Source: Bacteroidales bacterium
GTDB lineage: Bacteria > Bacteroidota > Bacteroidia > Bacteroidales > GCA-2748055
Reading direction: 5' to 3'
DNA length: 64,000 bases
Assembly: GCA_029938715.1 (NCBI GenBank)
Contig: JAOZUK010000006.1
Location: forward strand, 3,069 to 67,068
Numbering within the stretch: position 1 is the first letter of the stretch; every line of letters begins with the position of its first letter. Shown here piece by piece: positions 54,158 to 64,000 of the stretch. The position numbers were made by a program, and so were the translations under genes. The notes beneath the pieces are model-generated. The model had not been told where the DNA came from. It ran no database searches and saw nothing but the letters and a program-made list of their open reading frames with translations.

Positions 54158-56020
54158 ATGAAGATACAGATTTCAGCTGTTGTTATCACTTTTAATGAGG
54201 AATGTAACATTGAACGTTGCCTGAAATCTCTTGATGGAGTGGCCGATGAGATTGTAGTTGTGGATAGTTATTCCACCGATCGCACCGAGGAGATTTGCAG
54301 ATCATTTAATGCACGCTTTATCAAACACAGGTTTTATGGTCATATTCAGCAGAAGAACTGGGCTATTTTACAGGCTACTTCCCCCTATATTCTTTCGCTT
54401 GATGCGGATGAAGTCCTCTCAGATAAGCTGAGGTCATCCATTTTAAAAGTAAAAGAAGACTGGACACACGACGGATATTCCTTTAACCGATTAACCAACT
54501 ATTGTGGCAAATGGATCCGGCATACCACCTGGTATCCTTCGAGAAAGCTTAGGCTTTGGGATGCCAGGAAGGGAAGCTGGGGAGGGTACAATCCACACGA
54601 CAGATTCTATTTAAAGCCGGGAGCATCACTGCATCGTCTTCAGGGAGATTTACTTCACTATTCATACTATTCGGTAAACGAGCATTTGGTTCAGATCAAT
54701 TCTTTCTCCTCCATTCTGGCCCGATCATACTACGAAAGAGGACGGAATGTAAATATGTTAACCATTTTTTTGCGCCCTTTCTGGCGTTTTATAAATGATT
54801 TTCTCTTAAGAGCCGGTTTTTTGGACGGTTTTTACGGTTTTGTGGTTAGCGTAAACTCAGCCTATGAGGTTTTCCTGAAGTATGTGAAGCTCAGGATTAT
54901 TTATAATGATGAGAAAAGAGACCGGAAAAAGAAAGTCTGTTTTTTCAACTCTCAAAATAGCTGGGGTGGAGGTGAGAAGTGGCACTATGATGTTGCCTCA
55001 TATTTAGTACAGAAGCAAATTAAAGTAATTTATGTCTCCTCCCACGAAAGCACTCTTGCTCAAAGATTTATAAAACTGGGTATATTCGGATATACGGTAA
55101 CGGTGGGCAACATAAGTTTTTTGAATCCTTTTAAAATAGCCAGGATAATCAATATTTTTCGAAAAGAGGAGGTTGGAGTGCTGGTGACCAATGTTCCAGG
55201 TGACATGAAGATTGCAAGTATTGCAGCCAAATGGGCCGGAGTACCCAGGATTATTTTCAGAAGAGGGAGTGCAATTCCAGTAAGTGACTCCCTTATGAAC
55301 CGATATTTGTACCAAAAGGTGGTAACCAGGATCATTGCCAACTCATTGGAAACCAGGCGAACTATACTAGCGGTAAATAAAGACATTGTACCAGAGGAGA
55401 AGATTAGAGTGATCTATAATGGGATTCATTTGACAAAGTACAATCCACTTATTAAACCCCTATATTTAGCTGCAGAGGGGGAGATTGTACTTGGTGCAGC
55501 AGGGCGCTTGTCGGAAGAAAAGGGCCATATGCATCTCCTCGAGATGTTACAGTATCTGGAGAGCAGTGAGATACGTTTTAAGCTTTTAATTGCAGGTGAA
55601 GGGAGATTGTTGAGAACCTTACAGAAGCAAGCAGAAAAACTGGGAGTAGAACAGAGGGTTGAGTTTTTAGGTTTTGTGGAGAATATGCCTGCATTTTTCA
55701 ATTCGCTGGATGTATTCCTACTCTCCTCACAATATGAGGGATTTGGATATGTGATTACTGAAGCCATGGCAAGTTGTAAACCCGTAGTTGCATTTGATAT
55801 TAAAACCACGTCGGAGATTATCCTGGATGGAGAAACAGGTTTCATTACGGGAGCTGGCAAAACCAGAGAGATGGCAGACAGGGTTATTGAACTGGCCGCA
55901 GACAGTAACCTGCGCACAACCATGGGTGCGAGAGGGAAGAAGCGTGTAGAAGAGCTGTTTTCATTTGAAAAGAACCAGAAAGAGATCCTGGACCTTATAA
56001 CGGGATCCAACGGAAACTAA
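54158..56020 (+). CDS. two-domain glycosyltransferase (N-terminal GT2, C-terminal GT4/GT1)
   Basis: 620 aa. The N-terminal part has ISAVVITFNEE...VVVDSYSTDRT...LSLDADE. The C-terminal part has GRLSEEKGH...EGFGYVITEAMASCKPVVAFD (E-x7-E type). Confidence 0.8.
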   Translation: MKIQISAVVITFNEECNIERCLKSLDGVADEIVVVDSYSTDRTEEICRSFNARFIKHRFYGHIQQKNWAILQATSPYILSLDADEVLSDKLRSSILKVKEDWTHDGYSFNRLTNYCGKWIRHTTWYPSRKLRLWDARKGSWGGYNPHDRFYLKPGASLHRLQGDLLHYSYYSVNEHLVQINSFSSILARSYYERGRNVNMLTIFLRPFWRFINDFLLRAGFLDGFYGFVVSVNSAYEVFLKYVKLRIIYNDEKRDRKKKVCFFNSQNSWGGGEKWHYDVASYLVQKQIKVIYVSSHESTLAQRFIKLGIFGYTVTVGNISFLNPFKIARIINIFRKEEVGVLVTNVPGDMKIASIAAKWAGVPRIIFRRGSAIPVSDSLMNRYLYQKVVTRIIANSLETRRTILAVNKDIVPEEKIRVIYNGIHLTKYNPLIKPLYLAAEGEIVLGAAGRLSEEKGHMHLLEMLQYLESSEIRFKLLIAGEGRLLRTLQKQAEKLGVEQRVEFLGFVENMPAFFNSLDVFLLSSQYEGFGYVITEAMASCKPVVAFDIKTTSEIILDGETGFITGAGKTREMADRVIELAADSNLRTTMGARGKKRVEELFSFEKNQKEILDLITGSNGN

Positions 56021-56919
56021 TTCTTCTGACCCTTTAGTTCATTAAATCGCTCCAGGTTGTGTTTCCACCGTCGGTGGGACCAGAGCCAGTACTCTGGCTG
56101 GTCTCTAATCAGTTTCTCAAGTATCTGCACGTGCCTGTTGGTAATCTCATAGGGTTCCAGGTCGTTTGGATTTTTGCAAATCAATTCTATCTCTACCTCA
56201 TACCTGCCCCGTTTTACCTTCAAAATTTTTAAAAATACAACAGCGGCATCCAGTTTTCTGGCCAGTTTCTCTGTGCCCAGGTAAAGGGGTGCATCAAGAC
56301 CCATAAACTTTGTCCAGTACTGAATATTCTTAATCAAAGGGCGTTGATCGGCAAGAAAAATGGTCATAACCGGATCTTTGTCGTTGTAATGTGTAATCAG
56401 TTTTTTGACGATCTTTTCCATGGGTGATACCATCACACCAAACCGGGTTCTGTTTCTTTGGATCATTTGATCGATCTGCTTAATTTTTAATGGCTTATAT
56501 ATTGCAGCCACCGGGTAGTCACTGGCCAGAGCCAATGTGTTTAGGTATTCCCAGTTTCCATAGTGACCAGTAACTGCCATCACCAGCTTACCAGTAGCAT
56601 AGAGTTCATTAAGCAATTCGGGATTTCGATATGTAATTCTCTTTAAGGCTTTTGATTCTGAGTAGAAATGGCATATGGCCGACTCCAGGATTAAATCTGA
56701 AAAATGATGATAAAACTTCCTGGTTGTGGACCTGATTCTGGTTTTGTTGTATTCGGGGAATGCCTTTTGAAGGTTGTCGACCACTACTTTCTTTCTGTAT
56801 CCTGCCACATGGTACATCAGGAAATAGAGAAAATCGGAGACCCGGAACAGGACCCAATCGGGCAGCAGGTGAAGCAGCCAGATCAGGCTGTTAGCGAAAA
56901 TATATAACAGATAGTTCAT
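56017..56919 (-). CDS. lysophospholipid/lipid A (LpxL/HtrB-like) acyltransferase family protein
   Basis: 300 aa with an N-terminal TM helix. It has the HxxxxE-type block TGHYGNWEY and the size of late lipid A acyltransferases. Confidence 0.7.
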   Translation of the reverse strand: MNYLLYIFANSLIWLLHLLPDWVLFRVSDFLYFLMYHVAGYRKKVVVDNLQKAFPEYNKTRIRSTTRKFYHHFSDLILESAICHFYSESKALKRITYRNPELLNELYATGKLVMAVTGHYGNWEYLNTLALASDYPVAAIYKPLKIKQIDQMIQRNRTRFGVMVSPMEKIVKKLITHYNDKDPVMTIFLADQRPLIKNIQYWTKFMGLDAPLYLGTEKLARKLDAAVVFLKILKVKRGRYEVEIELICKNPNDLEPYEITNRHVQILEKLIRDQPEYWLWSHRRWKHNLERFNELKGQKN

Positions 56920-56922
56920 TCC

Positions 56923-57624
56923 CTAGCCAAGCTCACTGATGCGTTCCAGTTTGGGCAGGTCGAGGATTCTGATTTTTCTACCGTCTATGGCAATTACACC
57001 CTCCTGGGCAAAAGTGGACAACGTACGGATGGCATTGGAGGTGGTCATGTTGGAGAGGTTGGCAACATCTTCTCTCGATAGGTAAATTTTGATGGTTTTG
57101 TGATCGTCCTCATATCCATAAGTGTCTTTCAGAAAGATGAGAGACTCGGCAAGCCTTCCCCTGATATGTTTCTGGGTCAGAGTTACGGTACGGTCATGCG
57201 AAAAGCCAAGTTCCGATGCAAACGACTGGATAACACTCATGCTTAAGTCTGCATTGTTCCGCATTACTCTGAATACGCTCTCCTTATCAACGATGCAAGA
57301 GACGCAATCTTCAATTGCCACTGCTGTTGCAGTATGGTTTTCTTCTGCAAAAAGTGCCCGGTAACCAATAAAGCCAACGGGTTTGGCCATTCTTACAATC
57401 TGTTCTCTTCCGCCTACACCTTCTTTAAAGATTTTTACTTTTCCTTCAGCGAGGATCATCAATCCCAAGGGTTTGTCGCCCTCTTTGAAAATGATTTCAC
57501 CTTTTTTATAAAATGCACAGGTATAATTTTGCTTCAGGAATTCCTTTTCTTTTGGAGTAAGTACTGTAAATACAGATTTTGGATTGTCTATACAGTCATC
57601 TGCATTGTAGTTCCTGTCCTGCAT
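56923..57624 (-). CDS. Crp/Fnr family transcriptional regulator
   Basis: 233 aa with a cNMP-binding-like domain (FKEGDKPLGLMILAEGKVKIF) and a C-terminal HTH (SREDVANLSNMTTSNAIRTLSTF). Confidence 0.85.
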   Translation of the reverse strand: MQDRNYNADDCIDNPKSVFTVLTPKEKEFLKQNYTCAFYKKGEIIFKEGDKPLGLMILAEGKVKIFKEGVGGREQIVRMAKPVGFIGYRALFAEENHTATAVAIEDCVSCIVDKESVFRVMRNNADLSMSVIQSFASELGFSHDRTVTLTQKHIRGRLAESLIFLKDTYGYEDDHKTIKIYLSREDVANLSNMTTSNAIRTLSTFAQEGVIAIDGRKIRILDLPKLERISELG

Positions 57625-57694
57625 TGTATTTTTAGTTATTTAGTCGAACTGTGTTGAATAACACACAAAAGTAGAAAAAATAATCAATTTCTGA

Positions 57695-59353
57695 TCAATA
57701 TTTAGCCACCAACGGAAGGCGCCTTCCCACGCCGAATGCTTTGGAGGAAATCCTTAATATGGGAGGTGTCTGGTAACGCTTATATTCATTCTTATTGACC
57801 ATCCCAATGATCCTTCTTATCAAATCCGGATCAAATCCCATTTCAGCTACTTTTTCGGTAGATAACTGTTTTTCTATATAGGCTTCCAGGATCTGATCCA
57901 ACTGGTCATAGGGTGGGAGAGAGTCTGTATCTTTCTGATCGGGACGTAATTCGGCAGAGGGAGGTTTGGTTATGATGTGATTGGGAATAACCTCTTTCTT
58001 GCGGTTAAAGTAACGAGCCAGTAAATAGACATCGGTTTTATACACATCCCCCAGTACTGATAGTCCTCCGCTCATGTCACCGTAAAGGGTTCCATAGCCC
58101 ACTGCTGTTTCACTCTTATTACTGGTATTGAGCAAGATGTTTCCAAATTTATTAGAGAGTGCCATGAGCAGGGTTCCCCTGATCCTGGCCTGGATGTTTT
58201 CTTCGGTAATATCTTCTGGCAGATCTCCAAACAGAGGATGGAGTGATTCTATGAACTGGTCAAATACAGATTCGATAGGGAGAATATCCGATTTTACTCC
58301 CAGGTTTTTCACAAGTTCCAATGAATCGTCCACACTATGAGTTGACGAGTACTGGGACGGAAGTAGAAGTACATGAAGATTTTCAGGTCCAAGGGCTCCT
58401 GAGGCCAGTGCCAGGGTGACAGCCGAGTCTATTCCTCCCGACAGGCCCAGGGTAGCGCTTTTAAAATTCAGCTTTCCAAAGTAATCACGGATCCCACATT
58501 CAAGCGCATTGGCCATTGCTTCGATGCGATCTGGAATTTTAACTGTGTTTTGAGGGGCTTTTTCTGAGATTAGATCATTCAGATCTACGATCCCGAAATC
58601 TTCCTGAAAAAACTTTAATCGCCTGGCCACTTTCCCGGAAGGGGTTATTGCCAGCGAGCCCCCTTCAAATAATAGTTCAGTTTGCCCTCCCACCTGGTTA
58701 CAATAGAGTACAGGTAGACCATAGCGGATTGCTTTCCCTGTAAATACAGATTGCTTTACCTCCATTTTTCTGTGCGAAAATGGTGAAGCAGCCAGGTTAA
58801 TGATTACGTCGGGTTTTGATTCCATCAGACTCTCCAATGGATTTGTGGTGTAGAGCCGGCTACGCGAAAACTCATTTTCAAATGGCTGTTCATCCCATAA
58901 ATCTTCGCATATGGTAATTGCCAGTCGTTTCCCTTTATATGTCAATACCTTGAATTCCCGGTTGGCTTCAAAGTATCTGTACTCATCAAAGATATCGTAA
59001 GTGGGTAATAGTGATTTGCGAAATACCTGTTTGATACTTCCATCATTTAAGAAATAAACCGAATTAAATAGCAGTTTCCCCTCTTTGTGAGGATTGAACT
59101 CCGGTCCTCCCACAAGAATACCAATTTCAGGATCGGTAACTCTGGCAAGCTTCTCAATATAGAGGTTGCAGGATGTAATAAAATCTTCTCTTTCAAGCAG
59201 GTCAAGAGGTGGATACCCGCAGATGGCCAATTCTGAAAAAACAACGAGATCGACTCCCTCTGAAGATGCCCGTTGAACAGCATCCTCCATTCTTGACAGG
59301 TTGCCCTGGAAATCTCCAATGTAATAGTTAAGTTGTGCTAATGCAATTTTCAT
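57695..59353 (-). CDS. nadE: glutamine-dependent NAD+ synthetase
   Basis: 552 aa. It has an N-terminal CN-hydrolase domain (MKIALAQLN...FSELAICGYP...ICEDLW) and a C-terminal PP-loop (GLSGGIDSAV). Confidence 0.93.
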   Translation of the reverse strand: MKIALAQLNYYIGDFQGNLSRMEDAVQRASSEGVDLVVFSELAICGYPPLDLLEREDFITSCNLYIEKLARVTDPEIGILVGGPEFNPHKEGKLLFNSVYFLNDGSIKQVFRKSLLPTYDIFDEYRYFEANREFKVLTYKGKRLAITICEDLWDEQPFENEFSRSRLYTTNPLESLMESKPDVIINLAASPFSHRKMEVKQSVFTGKAIRYGLPVLYCNQVGGQTELLFEGGSLAITPSGKVARRLKFFQEDFGIVDLNDLISEKAPQNTVKIPDRIEAMANALECGIRDYFGKLNFKSATLGLSGGIDSAVTLALASGALGPENLHVLLLPSQYSSTHSVDDSLELVKNLGVKSDILPIESVFDQFIESLHPLFGDLPEDITEENIQARIRGTLLMALSNKFGNILLNTSNKSETAVGYGTLYGDMSGGLSVLGDVYKTDVYLLARYFNRKKEVIPNHIITKPPSAELRPDQKDTDSLPPYDQLDQILEAYIEKQLSTEKVAEMGFDPDLIRRIIGMVNKNEYKRYQTPPILRISSKAFGVGRRLPLVAKY

Positions 59354-59358
59354 GATTC

Positions 59359-60015
59359 TTAGAAAAGGACTCCCAGGTGAATTGATATGGCTTTAATAGT
59401 GATTGTGGCATCGTCGTTGCTGGTTACATCTGTAAGTCCTGATGTCCAGCGAACTCCACCAATGAGAGCTGTACTGCCTCCCAACCGGTACTCAATCCCT
59501 ATTTCTGCATGATATCCCAAGTTGAACACATGAACACTTTCACGGATGTTTTCCTTATCATATGTTCCATCATCTGACGTAGCCAGAGCACCTATATTTA
59601 TCATGGGATTAAAACCTAACTGCAAAAAAAGGGTTACGTATCCCAACTCCTCTGTTTTTAATTTGAGCCCGAGGGGAATATCAAGGTATTGAAGTTTTTG
59701 TTTCACAGTTTGTCCGGGTTCGAACCAGAGGGTATCCCCTTTGGAAATGAAACTTGTGGAGTCCGTATAGAATAGATTGCCTCCCAGGTTATTTACTCCA
59801 AATCCCAGAATAAAGGCATAGTTCTTCTCAAAGTAACGGTCCATCTGAAGCCCATACTGGGCCTGAAACACAGATGCGCTGTTTTGTATGTGATTCTCAT
59901 CAGAACCAAACCAGGCAAACTGAGGATCCACATGTACGCTGAATTTTGTGACTCCCTGTCCCTTCAATGCGATCGTTGCGCTTACCAATAAGATAGAAAC
60001 TACTATTCGCGTCAT
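59359..60015 (-). CDS. small outer-membrane beta-barrel (porin-family) protein
   Basis: 218 aa with a signal peptide (LLVSATIALKGQ). It shows an alternating strand pattern and a terminal aromatic residue (HLGVLF). Confidence 0.55.
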   Translation of the reverse strand: MTRIVVSILLVSATIALKGQGVTKFSVHVDPQFAWFGSDENHIQNSASVFQAQYGLQMDRYFEKNYAFILGFGVNNLGGNLFYTDSTSFISKGDTLWFEPGQTVKQKLQYLDIPLGLKLKTEELGYVTLFLQLGFNPMINIGALATSDDGTYDKENIRESVHVFNLGYHAEIGIEYRLGGSTALIGGVRWTSGLTDVTSNDDATITIKAISIHLGVLF

Positions 60016-60021
60016 ATTTTT

Positions 60022-60029
60022 TACATTTG
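60022..60029 (+). promoter_or_regulatory. candidate -7 promoter box TACATTTG for the GldB-like gene
   Basis: Exact TAnnTTTG match 33 nt upstream of ATG 60062. Motif only. Confidence 0.3.
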
Positions 60030-60061
60030 TCTATCCGGATCTGGATTCAAATTTAACTATT

Positions 60062-61078
60062 ATGATGATACCTATTCAACGGAAGATCGTTTTTCTCATA
60101 TGCATATCGCTCACGTTTGCGGGATGCCAAAACAATCGATTGAATGTGGATGTTTCGAATATTGAGGTAAATGTGAAACTGGAGCGATTCGATCGAGCCC
60201 TCTTTGAAATGGATCCTGATACCATGAACCAGGCCATTGGAGCGTTTTATTCTGCCTATGGCGATTTCTTTGATGTCTTTAATGTGCACGTAATTCAAAT
60301 TGGACAGGCATCCTCCAGGCATTATGCATCTTACCTTTCCATGTTTATTAACGATCCTACCAACAGGGAGGTATATGATTATACCAATAACCTGTTTTCT
60401 TCAACTGAGGAGATAGACAGGGACCTGACTGAAGGATTCAGGCACTATCTATACCACTATCCCGATTCCACAGCACCCAGGGTGATTGGTTATGTGAGCA
60501 GGTTTAACCAGGGACTATTTACAGTAGGGAATATTGTGGGAGTGGGCCTGGACCAGTACCTGGGGCTCGATTGTAAGTACTACGATCAGATGGGAACGCC
60601 CAGGTACCTTCTGAAGAATAAGATAAAGGAGAGGATTCCTGTGGATGTGATGTATGCATATGCTACCATGCTCTTTCCATATAACGATTCTCTTGACAAC
60701 GTTTTATCCAGAATGATTCATCATGGACAGATGCTCTATTTTGTTGATGCCATGCTTCCCGGATATGAGGAGGGGTTGAAGGCAGGTTTCAATACCGGGC
60801 AGATGAAGTGGTGCAGGAACAATGAGGAGCAGATGTGGACCCACATGGTTGAAGAGAAACTACTGTTCTCAACTGATCCGCTGGATATTCGGAAGCTGAT
60901 AGAAGATGCGCCTCACACCAGTTTTTATACCACCGAGTCGCCAGGAAGGGCTGCAGTATGGCAGGGCTGGCAGATCGTTCGGTCCTTCGCCCACAGAAAT
61001 CCCGATCTTACCCTACACCAGGTGATGTCTCAAAGAGATTATCAGGAGATTCTCAGACAATCGCAATACAATCCTTAA
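60062..61078 (+). CDS. gldB: gliding-motility lipoprotein GldB-like
   Basis: Starts at ATG 60062 (MMIPIQRKIVFLICISLTFAGC lipobox). The following VDVSNIEVNVKLERFDRALFEMD block and the ~340 aa length match my recollection of the GldB family, as does adjacency to nadE. The track ORF start at 59948 overlaps the neighbouring gene. Confidence 0.55.
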   Translation: MMIPIQRKIVFLICISLTFAGCQNNRLNVDVSNIEVNVKLERFDRALFEMDPDTMNQAIGAFYSAYGDFFDVFNVHVIQIGQASSRHYASYLSMFINDPTNREVYDYTNNLFSSTEEIDRDLTEGFRHYLYHYPDSTAPRVIGYVSRFNQGLFTVGNIVGVGLDQYLGLDCKYYDQMGTPRYLLKNKIKERIPVDVMYAYATMLFPYNDSLDNVLSRMIHHGQMLYFVDAMLPGYEEGLKAGFNTGQMKWCRNNEEQMWTHMVEEKLLFSTDPLDIRKLIEDAPHTSFYTTESPGRAAVWQGWQIVRSFAHRNPDLTLHQVMSQRDYQEILRQSQYNP

Positions 61079-61102
61079 AAGAGGGCTTATTTACTGATCA
61101 CT

Positions 61103-62488
61103 CTATTTCTCCGGAACGATCTTACCCCGGGCAAGTGATGCAAATACCCCCAGGGTGCAGAGAACCACAAAGATCAGGAATGTGGTTCTCATGCTGGCAA
61201 GGAATCCGGAGGAGTTTTGAGTTGAAATTGGATCGTTCCCAATATAGAGTTGGAGGATCAGGGTGGCCACTCCCATGCTGATCATTTGCCCGGTTAATCG
61301 CATGGTGCCCACTGTGGCTGAAGCAATACCCAGGTATTTTTTATCTACCGATCCCATGATGGCATTGGTATTGGGAGAGGAGAACAAACCAAAACCAAAA
61401 CCAACTATGGCCAGGTTCACCACCAGGTAAGTGAAATGGGTCTGCTCTGTCAGCAGGGTTAACATCACAAGTCCCCCTACAATAACCGCCATCCCTGCAG
61501 AGGATAGGATACGGGGATCATACCGGTCAGAAAGCTTCCCTGATATGGATGCCACCAGGGCCATGGTCACAGGTTGAGTGATCAGGATCACCCCTGCATC
61601 GCGGGGTGAGAGCTGCATGATATATTGCAGATAGAGACTTAGCAGAAAAGTAATGGCAAAGGTAGTTGCATAGTTAATTAATGCAGCCAGGTTTGAGAAT
61701 GCAAAGAGCCGGTTTGATCTGAACAGATCTATGTTAAATACAGGGTGTATGGTTCTTTGCTCCTTTATCACGAAAAAAACCAGGCCCATAATTCCTGCAA
61801 CCGCCAGTATGATGGCTGGTGGGCCAGGTAATTTGGAAAAGCCAAACATAAATGCCGACATGGCCAACACATAAATGATAGAACCTGTGAGATCAAATTT
61901 TTCGCCCCGGGCATCGGCCCACTCCTCCTTAATATACCTCCAGGTTATCCAAACCACCAACAGTTCAAATGGAATGGTGATATAAAAAATACTCCGCCAT
62001 CCCAGGTATTGTGTAAGCATTCCGCCCAGGAAAGGGGCCAACGAAAGGCCAATATATACTGAGGTAACTGTGATTCCAATGGCTTTCCCTCGTTGGTTGG
62101 GAGGATAAACGGAGGTGATAATGGCAACCCCCGTTCCAAAGACCATGGCGCTGCCAATGCCCTGCAGAGTTCTGAATGCGATAAGCATTCCACCTGAGAT
62201 GGAGAGTGCACAAAAAATGGAACTAATGGCTATGATTAGATTACCAGCAAGGAATACCCGTTTCCGGCCCCTGATATCAGCAAGTTTTCCCAGGGGCACC
62301 AGGAACACGGCTGAAGAGAGAAGAAAGGCCATGGCGATCCAGCTCATCCCAACAGCACCTAAACCGAACTCATTGCTAATGGTAGGCAGGGCAATGTTGA
62401 TTGCGGCACCCAGAAAAGGATTGATGAATGAAGTAATAACGATAAGTAAAAGGATCAGTCTCCTTGAAGCCGGACCTTGCTCTCCCAT
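61103..62488 (-). CDS. MFS transporter, DHA2 (14-TMS drug:H+ antiporter) type
   Basis: 461 aa with about 14 hydrophobic segments. The MFS motif A-like block is LGKLADIRGRKRV. Confidence 0.85.
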   Translation of the reverse strand: MGEQGPASRRLILLLIVITSFINPFLGAAINIALPTISNEFGLGAVGMSWIAMAFLLSSAVFLVPLGKLADIRGRKRVFLAGNLIIAISSIFCALSISGGMLIAFRTLQGIGSAMVFGTGVAIITSVYPPNQRGKAIGITVTSVYIGLSLAPFLGGMLTQYLGWRSIFYITIPFELLVVWITWRYIKEEWADARGEKFDLTGSIIYVLAMSAFMFGFSKLPGPPAIILAVAGIMGLVFFVIKEQRTIHPVFNIDLFRSNRLFAFSNLAALINYATTFAITFLLSLYLQYIMQLSPRDAGVILITQPVTMALVASISGKLSDRYDPRILSSAGMAVIVGGLVMLTLLTEQTHFTYLVVNLAIVGFGFGLFSSPNTNAIMGSVDKKYLGIASATVGTMRLTGQMISMGVATLILQLYIGNDPISTQNSSGFLASMRTTFLIFVVLCTLGVFASLARGKIVPEK

Positions 62489-62492
62489 GATC

Positions 62493-64000
62493 CTACTTGT
62501 AACGTTCTACCCGTTCATCATTGATCACTCCGTTCCAGTTTAGTCCAAAAGCAAAGTCATACCTGTTTCCATTTCCATCTACGTAACACTCCATATCGCG
62601 GGGAACATCTTCTTTCTGCTCTTCCACCGTTTTCATAGAAGCCGGCATCTGGAAGGGCAGCAAAGCGGAGGGTTCAACAGCGCCTGAGATCAGATCCATC
62701 AGTGCCTGATCCTGTACACCCATATGGATCAGGATGGCATCGGCTGCTGGTTCAATCTCGGCAAATACCATGGGCTTAGAGACGTTGACCACGACCACCA
62801 CCGGCTTATCACCCATTTGATTGCGGGTTTCAAGCACCAGTTTCATATCGGGGATATTCACGGCCGTTGTGGTTTTATCTTTGTAGCTCCGGTTGTTAAA
62901 ATCCTCGAAGGGACTCCCCCCAGCAATACTGGTTTCACGTGCATGTTCTGCCTTATAGGGGCCATATTGAAGCGAAATGGGAACATAACCATTGTCTCCC
63001 TTCTCCAGTTCACTGTCATCATAACCTACTCCGCCATCGGGATTCTGAATTCCCACAAGGGCAACATCGGCTTCTTCCGGAGTCTCAACAAGCACGAAAT
63101 ATTTAGATACAATCTCTTTGCTGAATGCATCTGTCCACCGTTCAGGGCTTGGCATTCCAAACCAGCTGGTACTTGCCGGGATATGACGCTGTGGAATATA
63201 GACCTTTAGCTGCTTCTCCAGGGGAAGGGTTTGCTGCTGATTCTTTAACAAAACTACTGTGCGCAACTGTGCCTCAAAACCGGCCTTCATATATTCAGGG
63301 TTCCCGACGATTTCAGTTGTTTTTCCCGGATCCAGGTAGGGGTTCTCAAAGAGACCTACCCTGAAAATATTGCGAAGGAGCCTGGTTGCAGACAGTTCAA
63401 AGCGTTCTTTCATATAGGCTTCTCCATGCTCCTTTATGCCCATATTATAGGCCTCCAATACGGGCCCCATATCATTGTTGCCTCCAAATTGGTCGATGCC
63501 TGCATCGATGGCTTTGTAATGACGTTCTGCTTCACTCTTGGCTTCGACTCCCCAGGGCATCCCCGAGATCTGGCTCACCGACGCAGGGTCGTGTGTAATG
63601 CGCCAGTCAGAGCAGACCACTCCATCGTAGCCGTACTTGTCGCGTAACAGGTCAGTAATAATATACTTGCTGTAGGCGTTTCCCACATTCTCGCCGTACC
63701 TGGTATCGATACCCGTCGAAATGGTGTAGTAGGGCATTACTGCTGAAGCCATTCCGGTGGCTCCATCCAGTTTGAAGGCTCCTTCGGTGAAGGGCTGCAG
63801 ATGGTCTTCCAGATTGTTACCCGGGTAAACCGCATAGGCTCCGTATCCGAAATGACCATCCCGGCCGCCCTCTTCAGGACCGCCTCCGGGCCAGTGCTTG
63901 ACCATGGCATTCACACTGTGGTAACCCCAGCCATTTAGAATCTCATGATCGCCGGCAGAAGTCTGAAAACCATCTACATAGGCGCGGGCCAAATCGGTGG
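62493..64000 (-). CDS. glycoside hydrolase family 3 (beta-glucosidase/xylosidase-like); N-terminus lies beyond the window end
   Basis: The frame stays open to position 64000 (reads ...TDLARAYVDGFQ). It has the GH3 blocks VKHWPGGGP and the nucleophile region GVVCSDW. Confidence 0.85.
   Translation of the reverse strand, partial: TDLARAYVDGFQTSAGDHEILNGWGYHSVNAMVKHWPGGGPEEGGRDGHFGYGAYAVYPGNNLEDHLQPFTEGAFKLDGATGMASAVMPYYTISTGIDTRYGENVGNAYSKYIITDLLRDKYGYDGVVCSDWRITHDPASVSQISGMPWGVEAKSEAERHYKAIDAGIDQFGGNNDMGPVLEAYNMGIKEHGEAYMKERFELSATRLLRNIFRVGLFENPYLDPGKTTEIVGNPEYMKAGFEAQLRTVVLLKNQQQTLPLEKQLKVYIPQRHIPASTSWFGMPSPERWTDAFSKEIVSKYFVLVETPEEADVALVGIQNPDGGVGYDDSELEKGDNGYVPISLQYGPYKAEHARETSIAGGSPFEDFNNRSYKDKTTTAVNIPDMKLVLETRNQMGDKPVVVVVNVSKPMVFAEIEPAADAILIHMGVQDQALMDLISGAVEPSALLPFQMPASMKTVEEQKEDVPRDMECYVDGNGNRYDFAFGLNWNGVINDERVERYK

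Noticed and set aside
55426-56010. 194-aa antisense ORF opposite the GT4 domain
   Set aside because: It is a Ser/Pro/Ile-rich low-complexity translation. The plus-strand frame carries clear glycosyltransferase motifs (EGFGYVITEAMA).
1-64000. Search for mobile elements, defence islands, CRISPR arrays, toxin-antitoxin pairs and rRNA/tRNA genes
   Set aside because: I saw no transposase, integrase, recombinase, Cas, restriction-modification, reverse transcriptase or nuclease-like ORFs. No long repeat arrays or terminal inverted repeats were seen. All intergenic gaps are under 300 nt, and gene content is housekeeping throughout.

Overview
This window looks like an ordinary, tightly packed chromosomal core segment of a Bacteroidota genome. 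The lineage call rests on a T9SS C-terminal sorting domain protein, a GldB-like lipoprotein, an ECF sigma/FecR pair, a MurF-Alr fusion, several TAnnTTTG -7 promoter motifs and little sign of Shine-Dalgarno use. I count about 58 protein genes, mostly housekeeping. They include gcvP, pcm, dcp, a complete trpEGDCFBA operon, ddl, rluD, rpmH, rsmG, tgt, an lptF/G-type permease, an acyl-CoA carboxyltransferase with a biotin carrier, ispE, dnaB, rsmI, tdk, murF-alr, LPS/envelope glycosyl- and acyl-transferases, nadE, an MFS exporter and a GH3 glycosidase. I found no rRNA, tRNA, CRISPR array, transposase, integrase, or recognisable defence or toxin-antitoxin genes. Two real genes are missing from the supplied ORF track: gcvP (1..2192, open to the window edge) and rpmH (38774..38932, 52 aa). 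I do not see a convincing large novel system. The best candidates for a second look are: (1) an ECF sigma/FecR module whose STN-domain partner is a short non-barrel protein, with a paralog upstream; (2) an orphan groES co-transcribed with a thioredoxin-like/glutaredoxin fusion and a Crp/Fnr regulator; (3) a leader-peptide (Trp-Trp-Trp) attenuator in front of trpE; (4) an identical 27-nt hairpin element both inside and after the trp operon; (5) a porin plus secreted FMN-binding protein pair; (6) a GT-C/TPR membrane glycosyltransferase next to a Glf-like flavoenzyme. All functional calls come from motif recognition by eye. No database search was run.
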